Shown here piece by piece: positions 48,956-58,776 of a DNA stretch of 61,875 nucleotides. This DNA is from Flavobacteriales bacterium. Lineage in GTDB: Bacteria; Bacteroidota; Bacteroidia; Flavobacteriales; JANQLC01. The notes below the pieces were generated by a model. That model worked only from the letters and a program-made list of their open reading frames with translations. It searched no databases and was not told the DNA's origin. The stretch is from positions 1 to 61,875 of the forward strand of contig JBAJNK010000009.1 in the NCBI GenBank assembly GCA_036881805.1, given 5' to 3'. Position 1 is the first letter of the stretch. Each line of letters starts with the position of its first letter. Made by a program: the position numbers and the translations under genes.

Positions 48956-50371
48956 ATGAAAATACTCTTAACCGGCGCTACCGGATACATCGGCAAGAGG
49001 CTATTGCCCGTTCTGTTGGATAGAGGCGATCGAGTCGTCTGCTGTGTGCGGGATGCCAATCGGTTTAACCCGCCTAGCTCGCTGGAGAAGCGCATTCAAA
49101 TTCTCGAAGTCGACTTCTTGGATAAAGCCTCGCTGGGCGGCATTCCAGAAGATATAGACGGTGCCTATTACCTGATGCACTCCATGTCTGCTTCGTCCGA
49201 TTACAAGAGTTTGGAGCTGATTTGTGCCCGCAACTTCAGGGCGGCCATGGGCAGCACCCGAGTCCAACACGTCGTTTACCTCAGTGGGATTGTGAACCCG
49301 GAATCCCTATCCGAACACCTGGCCTCGAGAAAGGCGGTAGAAGATGCGCTCGCCAAAGGGAACTATGCTTTTACGACCTTGCGATCGGGAATCATCATCG
49401 GATCTGGCAGTGCTTCATTCGAGATCATTCGGGATTTGGTGGAAAAGTTGCCCATCATGGTGGCGCCCAAGTGGATCGAGACCAAATGCCAGCCCATTGG
49501 GATCAGAGATGTGATCTGCTTGTTGGAAAGGACGCTTTTCCATACGGCTACATACGATAAGAGCTTTGACATAGGTGGGCCAGACATCCTCTCTTATAAG
49601 GATATGATGCTCGGCTATGCCAAGGTCAGGGGGCTTAAAAGGCAGATTTTTGTCGTTCCGGTGATGACTCCCAAGCTATCGAGTTATTGGCTGTATTTTG
49701 TAACGGCTACTTCTTACAAATTGGCTAGCGCCTTAGTGAGCAGTATGACAACGGAGGTAGTCTGTCGAAAAAATGAGTTAAATAAAGTATTACAAGTCGT
49801 TCCCATCGGCTATGTGGCGTCCCTGCATAAGACCTTATCGCGGATTGAGTACCATCGAATCCCCTCCAGTTGGAAAGATTCATTGATAAGCGGTGCGCTC
49901 AACGGCAACCTATCCGAGTTCCTCAGCGTACCCGTGCATAGTTGCTTTGTAGATACGCGGCATAAGCCGATGGTAAACCGCGAGCGGTGCATCGATAAAA
50001 TATGGTGTATTGGTGGTACGACGGGTTGGTACTATGCCAATTGGCTCTGGCAGCTCAGGGGGTTTATAGACAAGGTTTTTGGCGGGGTTGGATTGAGGCG
50101 GGGGCGAACGCATCAAAGCCGAGTGTCGGCCGGTGATGTGATTGATTTTTGGCGCGTGCTATACGCTGACAAGGCGCAAGGCCGGTTGCTGCTCTTTGCC
50201 GAAATGAAGCTACCCGGAGAAGCCTGGCTCGAATTTAAAGTGACAGGTGGCGTATTGTGGCAGACGGCTACTTTTCGTCCCAAAGGTATTGGGGGCAGGC
50301 TGTACTGGTATTGGGCCTATCCCCTGCACGCGGTCATTTTTAGGGGTTTGATCGCCAAACTGACCCAATAA
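48956..50371 (+). CDS. NAD(P)H-binding SDR-family protein with C-terminal DUF2867-like domain
   Basis: The start was moved to ATG 48956 (MKILLTGATGYIGKRL Rossmann motif) because the ORF-track start lies inside the tRNA-Ser gene. Confidence 0.7.
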   Translation: MKILLTGATGYIGKRLLPVLLDRGDRVVCCVRDANRFNPPSSLEKRIQILEVDFLDKASLGGIPEDIDGAYYLMHSMSASSDYKSLELICARNFRAAMGSTRVQHVVYLSGIVNPESLSEHLASRKAVEDALAKGNYAFTTLRSGIIIGSGSASFEIIRDLVEKLPIMVAPKWIETKCQPIGIRDVICLLERTLFHTATYDKSFDIGGPDILSYKDMMLGYAKVRGLKRQIFVVPVMTPKLSSYWLYFVTATSYKLASALVSSMTTEVVCRKNELNKVLQVVPIGYVASLHKTLSRIEYHRIPSSWKDSLISGALNGNLSEFLSVPVHSCFVDTRHKPMVNRERCIDKIWCIGGTTGWYYANWLWQLRGFIDKVFGGVGLRRGRTHQSRVSAGDVIDFWRVLYADKAQGRLLLFAEMKLPGEAWLEFKVTGGVLWQTATFRPKGIGGRLYWYWAYPLHAVIFRGLIAKLTQ

Positions 50372-50689
50372 GGTTGAGATGGGTGGGTCGCACTACAAGC
50401 GTTTGATCGTGAATCGGCGAGAGACAAAGATTGTAAGTCATTTCAGCACTCGGTTGTCATCTCTTTAGTAGGTAAAAAATCAAAGTGAACTGGGAATGAA
50501 AAAGGGGAGTAGGGTGTGATTTGAAATGCAATATATGTCCAGTATAAGCGCACAAGGTTTACAATGCCTAGTTCTTTCTGGGGTGAAGAATGCCGTCCGG
50601 GTAACCGAGGGGTAATTGCCTTGTAAATACGCCGGTCTGTAGAAGGAAAAGGTTTAGAATGGGCCTTCAATACGGATATTGGTATTCGT

Positions 50690-51065
50690 TCTGTACAGCG
50701 GTCTGAAAAGGGGGTATTTTTTTGATTTTGTCCGATATGGCAGTTTAAAAACGAGGCTTTATTTTTTCGTGCTCGTCCGTGCGTGGCGGTTTGAAAAATG
50801 GGGGTTTGGTTTTGATCTTTTGTGCGGGTTTAAAAAGTCGATCTTATTTTTTCGTTCTCGGCCATGCGTAGCAGTTTAAAAAGGGGCTTGCTTTTTTTCG
50901 TATCTGCCTGTATTGTGTTCTGTTTGCAAAAGTCCAATCACATCGCCAATCATATAGAAGCAGTTTGAGCGAGTAGTCTTATTTTTCTCCCTGTGGCCAG
51001 CTACACCGACTTTTATTATATACCCACTTGGAATCAGTCTGAAAAGGGGGCTCTTTTTTTGTAAA
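50690..51065 (+). repeat. array F of the ~44-bp intergenic repeat family
   Basis: Cores start at 50702, 50744, 50790, 50829, 50875, 50922, 50964 and 51038, giving spacings of 42, 46, 39, 46, 47, 42 and 74. The last interval contains a long module. Confidence 0.85.
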
Positions 51066-51091
51066 TGCCTTATTTTTGAGCCGCAAAGCCC

Positions 51092-51613
51092 ATGAAAGGC
51101 CATTATTATCTCGGACGCATCAGCCGCACGCACGGCAAGTGGGGTTCGGTCTTGATCGCACTAAACACAGATCAACCGGAACTGTACTACCGCAGCAAAA
51201 CCCTCTTTATCGAGCGAGCGGGCAGGCCCTTTCCACTGTCTATCGAAAAGATAAAACCGCTGCACCGAAACAAAATCAAAGTGGACTTTAAGGGTTACCA
51301 ATACGTCGATACAGCTGCCGAAGAATTGGTGGGCAAAGCGGTTTTCCTGCCGCTGAGCAGTTTGCCGGCCCTAAGCGGAAACCAATTCTACTACCACGAG
51401 GTGATCGGTTTCAACACCCTTACCCAAGGCCAGTCACTCGGTACAATCAAAAGGGTCAAAGAGATTGGTACAGCCCAGGATTTGTTTGTCATCGATTACG
51501 GGGGTAGCGAAATACTCGTACCGATTGTCGACGAATTCATCGAAAGGGTGGACCGCGAAAAGAGAGAAATACATTTAAAACTTCCAGCGGGCTTATTGGA
51601 TCTGTACCGCTAA
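51092..51613 (+). CDS. rimM: 16S rRNA processing protein RimM
   Basis: 173 aa. The N-terminus YLGRISRTHGKWGSV and the PRC-barrel-like C-terminus (ILVPIVDEFI) are typical of RimM. Confidence 0.8.
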   Translation: MKGHYYLGRISRTHGKWGSVLIALNTDQPELYYRSKTLFIERAGRPFPLSIEKIKPLHRNKIKVDFKGYQYVDTAAEELVGKAVFLPLSSLPALSGNQFYYHEVIGFNTLTQGQSLGTIKRVKEIGTAQDLFVIDYGGSEILVPIVDEFIERVDREKREIHLKLPAGLLDLYR

Positions 51614-52140
51614 ACGCGGCAAACTATTTTTTCAAATTCAAAGGCTTTTGCGCACCAAATCTGAGTTGTCTCGCGCTTTTCCTCCCTTTAAGAGATACCC
51701 CCATTCGCAGTGTAAGCCAATCGGCTTTCGATAATTTTTAGCGCGCCCGTGCCGACGCAATACATTCTAAATTAACGGTTCGCTATCAAACGCTTTTTCC
51801 AACCGATTTTTTAACCACATCACAGCTTCAACATCTACTGAAAATCGGCTACCTTTGTATCGATAATAGGCAGATCGAGATGAAAAATGTATTTCTCATT
51901 GCCGCAGCCCTGTTCGATATCATTAATGGGAGAGTTTCGATACGGCTGTGCGCTATCGGGGGGTCGTCCTCTTTTCCGGGCGCATTTACCTGCTCAGCAC
52001 AGCCGACATTTGGAAGCCAAACCTAAAATGCTCAGGGCTGATCACCCCTTTAGGCAGGCTATTCATGCTAGCCGGTTGGGGAAGCCTGCGCATCGGTTTT
52101 ATCACAAACACGCTTGCGTAATTTCAAAAACATCACTACC

Positions 52141-53729
52141 ATGACCGCCTCTGATAAAGTAAATATAAGGGCGTATGGCATTCGGAATGCCATAGCCCAT
52201 TACAACTTATCCCCAGACGAACTGCATCGCATTACCCTAGAAAAAAATATGGGTAGGGAAGCGAACTCCGGGGCCTTGGCCATCCATACCGGCCATTTTA
52301 CCGGGCGTTCACCCCAGGACCGCTTTATCGTAAAAGATTCGATCACCGCAGATGCGGTTTGGTGGGGTGACATCAACATGCCCTTCGATCCAAAAGCCTT
52401 TGACCACCTATACGACCGCGTAACGGCATACCTATCGGACAGCGCGCTGTACGTACGCGATGGGTACGTCTGTGCAGATGCGCGCTACCGGCTAAATATC
52501 AGGGCGATAAACGAATACCCCTGGAGCAATCTATTCGTTTACAATATGTTTTTACGCCCTTCGGCAGCTGATTTGCAAAACTTTAAAGCGGATTGGCTCA
52601 TCGTCAATGCGCCCGGTTTTCAGGCCGATCCCAAACGCGATAAAACACGACAGGAAAATTTTGCCATCCTGCACTTCAGCCGGAAAATCATACTCATCGG
52701 CGGCACAGGCTATACCGGTGAAATTAAAAAGGGCATCTTCTCAGCCTTAAATTTTCAGCTACCCACCGAGAGAAAAGTGCTGTCCATGCACTGTGCTGCC
52801 AACGTTGGAAAAAAGGGGATACGGCCATATTTTTCGGCTTGAGCGGTACCGGAAAGACAACCCTGTCAGCCGGCCCCAATCGAAGGCTGATCGGAGATGA
52901 CGAGCACGGTTGGACAGCAGACGATAAGATATTCAATTTTGAGGGTGGCTGCTACGCCAAAGTGATCGACTTATCTGAAGAAAAAGAGCCCGATATATAT
53001 CACGCCATCCGCAAAGGTGCGCTATTGGAAAATGTGGGATTCCGAAGGAATTCAAATAAAGTGGATTTCTCCGACCGACCCATCACCGAAAACACACGCG
53101 TGAGCTATCCCTTATACCACATCGACAACATCCAAAAACCAGCCATAGGAGAAAAACCCCAAAACGTCTTCTTCCTGACCGCCGACGCTTTTGGTGTGCT
53201 GCCCCCCATTTCCAAATTGACACCCGGACAAGCTGCCTTTCACTTTATATCGGGCTACACGGCTAAGGTAGCCGGAACCGAAGAAGGCATCGTAGAGCCG
53301 CTGCCCTCTTTTTCCGCTTGCTTCGGTGCGCCCTTTATGCCCCTACACCCCACGGTTTACGGCGATATGCTCAGCGAAAAGATCAAGCGGTTCGGTACGG
53401 CGGTATGGCTGATCAATACCGGTTGGAGCGGCGGTAGTTATGGAACGGGTTCACGGATTAAGCTGTGTTACACGCGTGCGATGATCCGCACTATTCTGGA
53501 AGGAGGGCTCGACGGCGTGGCCTACCGAACAGATCCGGTTTTTGGCTTGCAAATGCCCGATACCTGCCCGGGAGTACCCCGAGAAATATTAGATCCGAAA
53601 AATACCTGGACAGACGGAGCAGCCTATGATGTTGTGGCGCAGCAACTCGCCGCGGCTTTTCACCAAAACTTCAAAAAATTTGCAGCCCAAGCCAGCGATG
53701 AAATGCGTGCCGGCGGGGCCAAAATATAA
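52141..53729 (+). pseudogene. pckA: phosphoenolpyruvate carboxykinase (ATP), reading frame broken once at 52809-52818
   Basis: ORF 52141-52842 gives the N-terminal 233 aa ending ...MHCAANVGKKG. ORF 52839-53729 continues with SGTGKTTLSAGPNRRLIGDDEHGW (kinase-1a motif) in the -1 frame. Joining at the A6G4 run gives an uninterrupted product of about 529 aa. Confidence 0.85.
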
Positions 53730-53923
53730 CCAACCCCCATGCACCCGCCACATCGATCCCCCGACCAAAGCCCTTCTCGATTTTTTCCCCTGCTGTCAAC
53801 CCGATCTAATGCCTTGGGGTTTGCAGTCTACAATGGGAAATTAAAAAAATGGGCGCCTGACAGATTCAAATATCCAACCCTTATCACTACAAAATCGCAG
53901 GTATTCAACCCATACCCAATAAA

Positions 53924-53947
53924 AAGGCTAGCCTCTCGGCTAGCCTT
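53924..53947. terminator. bidirectional hairpin between convergent pckA and groEL
   Basis: aaggctagcc-tctc-ggctagcctt forms a perfect 10-bp stem. It is flanked by an A-run on one side and T-rich sequence on the other. Confidence 0.6.
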
Positions 53948-53976
53948 TCTGATCTATTAGCGCACACCATTGGGGG

Positions 53977-55629
<1,653 letters not shown>

Positions 55630-55639
55630 TTAATTGAGA

Positions 55640-55918
55640 TTAAACAATTGCCAAAATATCGGATTCGCGCATGATCAAGTAATCCGTACCCGCCCATTTT
55701 AGTTCCGTGCCCGCATATTTCCCATAGAGCACTTCATCTCCGACTTTCACGGTGAGGGGTTCATCTTTCTTTCCGCTTCCAACCGCAGCTACGGTTCCGC
55801 GTTGGGGTTTTTCCTTAGCCGTATCGGGAATGATAATCCCAGTAGCCGTCTTCGTCTCTGCAGGAGCGGGCTTAACCACCACGCGATCTGCCAAGGGTTT
55901 GATCTTCATTTCTCCCAT
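55640..55918 (-). CDS. groS: co-chaperonin GroES
   Basis: 92 aa. [11 protein letters not shown]...[12 protein letters not shown] matches the mobile loop region. Confidence 0.95.
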   Translation of the reverse strand: MGEMKIKPLADRVVVKPAPAETKTATGIIIPDTAKEKPQRGTVAAVGSGKKDEPLTVKVGDEVLYGKYAGTELKWAGTDYLIMRESDILAIV

Positions 55919-56451
55919 TTCTAAGAATATTTGTAAGGTTTAACGCTGCGATAAACCCCAAAAGCATGCCAATCAAATAGAGGTGAAAAATTGGCAGAAC
56001 AAACTGACAAATGCTACCGCCGGGGCCAAGCCTTAGAAAAAGTGTCAGTAACGCAAAGGGATGTGACTCCACTTCGAGATTCGACTTACAGCATCTGTAT
56101 TAAACTTGGGCTTACCAAATACTACCCCGGTTAATTTGTATCGTGTTTTTCCCTATTTAACCTGAGCCGAATTGCTTCTATCGCGCTTTTGCGCTCCTCG
56201 TTGCGCATCAGATTCCGCTTGTCGTTTCCAAATATAATCTATAGTTACGTCTCGCTGCGACTCGATACTTTTTAAGGTTCCTGTTGGATAAGTTCACTCT
56301 TATGGCATTTTTGGGTTGGACCAGCCCACCCGATAGCAAATTTAACTTTCATCGGGTAATCCACCAAGCGTATCGCCAGCGAAAATGCAAATTATTCTAG
56401 CGCCCTTTCAATTTATGATTAGACAAAACCACGCTAAGCCTTTTCAAGGGT

Positions 56452-56997
56452 TTATAGCTTATCATACCGAAGTTTTGCAGCGGGAACAAAATCACTGTCG
56501 CCGGATACCAGAATGATCTGTTCTACCTGGTTTTTTAGTGCCATCGAGGCAATGTCCAAACCCATTTTCATATCTAACTGCTTTTGTCTGAGGTCGAATT
56601 GAATATCTTCTTCTGTTAAATCACCCATAGCCAATTTCCCGTTCAAAAGCGCTTTGGTTTTATCCGGTCTAATTACCCATCCGTTTTTTTCTGCTAAAAC
56701 ACCGAGACGTACTGCGACTTTTCGTTTTTCCTTGCGTGCTTCAAGAAGATCTACTCTAAATTTGTACACTCCCGTTGTAGCAAAGTCGATTGACTTACCG
56801 GTCAATGGATTGTGTTGTTTCTTTTCGTAAGGCAGACAGTCGTAATATAAAATTCTATAGAGATCGTATGATTCTCCGTCCTGTCTTAGATGGCTAAGAC
56901 ACATTTTATGTAATCCTGCAGCTGTTTCTTTGGGGCCGAGATCGAGGGGCTCAGTTCGATAAATTGCAGTTCGCTTTTTATGCCCATTACAACTCAT
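56452..56997 (-). CDS. NYN (LabA-like) domain protein, apparently truncated or degenerate
   Basis: QKQLDMKMGLDIASMA and IILVSGDSDFVPAAKL blocks are typical of NYN/LabA nucleases. The ORF stops right after AAKL, where homologues as I recall them continue. The N-terminal Asp motif is not recognisable. The start was moved to ATG 56997 because the ORF-track start lies inside a terminator hairpin. Confidence 0.55.
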   Translation of the reverse strand: MSCNGHKKRTAIYRTEPLDLGPKETAAGLHKMCLSHLRQDGESYDLYRILYYDCLPYEKKQHNPLTGKSIDFATTGVYKFRVDLLEARKEKRKVAVRLGVLAEKNGWVIRPDKTKALLNGKLAMGDLTEEDIQFDLRQKQLDMKMGLDIASMALKNQVEQIILVSGDSDFVPAAKLRYDKL

Positions 56998-57017
56998 ATG
57001 CGCTATAGAGATCAACG

Positions 57018-57040
57018 ATAAAAAAGCCCAAGGGTTGGGC
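57018..57040 (-). terminator. intrinsic terminator (minus strand)
   Basis: The minus strand reads gcccaa-ccc-ttgggc followed by ttttttat. Confidence 0.55.
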
Positions 57041-57110
57041 ATTCTTGCTATGTTGTCGAGTGCTTGAAAAATATTTCAAGCATTGAGAATGCGTCGCCTT
57101 GGGCGCTATC
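57019..57110 (-). ncRNA. candidate small RNA or terminator-containing 5' leader of the NYN gene (~90 nt)
   Basis: It is bounded by a full -33/-7 promoter (57117-57148) and the terminator at 57018-57040. It contains the perfect 9-bp hairpin tgcttgaaa-N4-tttcaagca (57061-57082) and a gcgcc-caa-ggcg(a)c hairpin. Confidence 0.3.
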
Positions 57111-57116
57111 GCGATG

Positions 57117-57148
57117 CAAAGGTACGAATTTTATTTAAATCGCGCAAA
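57117..57148 (-). promoter_or_regulatory. Bacteroidota-type promoter (minus strand)
   Basis: On the minus strand: TTTG (plus 57145-57148), a 20-nt spacer, then TAccTTTG (plus 57117-57124). Confidence 0.4.
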
Positions 57149-57266
57149 ATAATATCTCGGTAGCTTTCACTGCATAAGGAATTTTAGTTTAAAATGGGAG
57201 GTGTTCTATGCTCGTCTCGCCTTTACCTTTCCGCCCAGACTTTATGTTTATCAAAGAGGCCTTATT

Positions 57267-57626
57267 TTATAGAGGTGTTGTACTGCCTGAGTCACTCGTG
57301 CTTTTTGTAGTCGGAACCGCAATGGATTTTGTCGGCGCCTGTACGGGAGGCTCCCGTCGCTCTATGCGGTTATCTAAGGAAGAGTCGAATCCGTTGCGCT
57401 GTATCGCAAAGTTCGACAAGAGGATCAGCGCCACCATAGCCGTAGCCAATATCCAAGTAGACCGATCCAAAAAATCGTTTGTTCTTTGTACACCAAACAT
57501 TTGACTCGCACTACCCGTCCCGCCAAAAGAACTGCTCAACCCACCCCCCTTTGGGTTTTGTACCATCACGATCAATATTAACAATACGCTGATAATGGCG
57601 ATTAATGCAGCAAATAGTAGGTACAC
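57267..57626 (-). CDS. secG: preprotein translocase subunit SecG
   Basis: 119 aa with two TM helices. LLILIVMVQNPKGGGLSSSFGG matches the SecG signature. Confidence 0.85.
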   Translation of the reverse strand: MYLLFAALIAIISVLLILIVMVQNPKGGGLSSSFGGTGSASQMFGVQRTNDFLDRSTWILATAMVALILLSNFAIQRNGFDSSLDNRIERREPPVQAPTKSIAVPTTKSTSDSGSTTPL

Positions 57627-57636
57627 GACAATCGGT

Positions 57637-58269
57637 TTACCCGGCCATTAATTTTTTGACCGATCTAATTTGGTCGGCAAAGTAACCACTTTTCTCCGGA
57701 TATTTCAAACCCAATATCTTATATGCTCTTAGGGCTTGACCATATTTTTTTTGTTCGATGTAGAGGCGAGCTAGGGTTTCGGTCATTAAGTCCGCGGACA
57801 ACACCGGGCTCTTTACGGGGTTTGCGTCGGGACGATCGGTTAGAAACTCATCGATGACAAGTGCTGTTTTTTCAAAATTCCATCCCTTTGCCGGATCGGT
57901 AGGGGCCGATCGCTCATCGGAATTCATCTTGTGAATTTGTCCCAGCCGGAGCCATTCATCGAAGGAATACCGCTCGTCAGGCTTACATGGAAGGGGCTTT
58001 TCCAGCTTCAAGTCCGCTGCCACAGCCCGATCTGGCACACCAGCTGCGATATAATCGAATAGGAAAGTCCGATTGGGACTGTACAGTGCGGTTTCTGCAA
58101 GCGTACCCTCGTATCGTGTGCTGTCGATATTGCGCAACCCCCGTAGGCGTAATATACGAGCGAGGGTGAAGTAGGGATACTGCACCAATGCGGCACCCAA
58201 CCGTTCGGTTTGTGCTTCTGTCACCGAAAGGGGATTTTTTACTAAGTGTTCCAGTTCAACCCATTGCAT
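57637..58269 (-). CDS. hypothetical protein with C-terminal TPR-like helix pair
   Basis: 210 aa with compact spacing inside the lptE-secG operon. The C-terminus ARLYIEQKKYGQALRAYKILGLKYPEKSGY is TPR-like. Confidence 0.4.
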   Translation of the reverse strand: MQWVELEHLVKNPLSVTEAQTERLGAALVQYPYFTLARILRLRGLRNIDSTRYEGTLAETALYSPNRTFLFDYIAAGVPDRAVAADLKLEKPLPCKPDERYSFDEWLRLGQIHKMNSDERSAPTDPAKGWNFEKTALVIDEFLTDRPDANPVKSPVLSADLMTETLARLYIEQKKYGQALRAYKILGLKYPEKSGYFADQIRSVKKLMAG

Positions 58270-58272
58270 GCG

Positions 58273-58776
58273 TTACCAATTGGCTACCGTGTTGCTAAAA
58301 ATTTTCTGTGCCAACCTGTCGTTAATGTCTTTTAGCATCTTACCCTGGAGGTTTAAAAGATCTTGGTCTCGCTCAAAATTTTCAGATTCGGTATACTCCC
58401 TTTCAAAGTTTTGCGCCTTATCATACTTGAGAAAATAGCGCACTTTTATCGTTACGGTAAGCCGGTTTTGATCAGCCTGCTCTTCTGAAACGACAGATGC
58501 TGGGTTGATCTGATAACCGGTAATCTCGCCTTCGATGGTAATGTCACCGTCTTCATTTGTAGGTGAAAGCGTAGTTCTCGTTTGAAAGAAATCTCGCAGT
58601 TCAGCCGTAAACGCCTGGCTTAAGTTGGGGTTTACAATCGACGCATAATTTGGAAATGTATTGACTTGAATCGTCTTCACTTGGGGAGGCAAATTGGCTC
58701 CGGTAAAGGAATAACAGCTCGATAGCAGCCATAAAGCGGCCATGAGATAGGCGTAGGGCATCTCCTTACAAGTCAT
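58273..58776 (-). CDS. lptE: LptE-like LPS-assembly lipoprotein
   Basis: It has the lipobox LLSSC followed by YSFTGANLPPQVKTIQVNTF. The start may be ATG 58776 or 58761. Confidence 0.5.
   Translation of the reverse strand: MTCKEMPYAYLMAALWLLSSCYSFTGANLPPQVKTIQVNTFPNYASIVNPNLSQAFTAELRDFFQTRTTLSPTNEDGDITIEGEITGYQINPASVVSEEQADQNRLTVTIKVRYFLKYDKAQNFEREYTESENFERDQDLLNLQGKMLKDINDRLAQKIFSNTVANW

Noticed and set aside
50372-50690. About 320-bp non-repeat spacer after the SDR gene, including a 75-aa minus-strand ORF (50443-50670), as a hidden gene or ncRNA
   Set aside because: The ORF has no motif and an odd composition. I found no promoter box, terminator or convincing conserved structure. The short resemblance of gggtaaccgagg to the receptor-leader hairpin is too small to interpret.
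48820-51065. tRNA-Ser as the integration site of a genomic island covering the SDR/DUF2867 gene
   Set aside because: There is no integrase, no direct repeat of the tRNA 3' end downstream, and the gene content is ordinary, so nothing supports an island.
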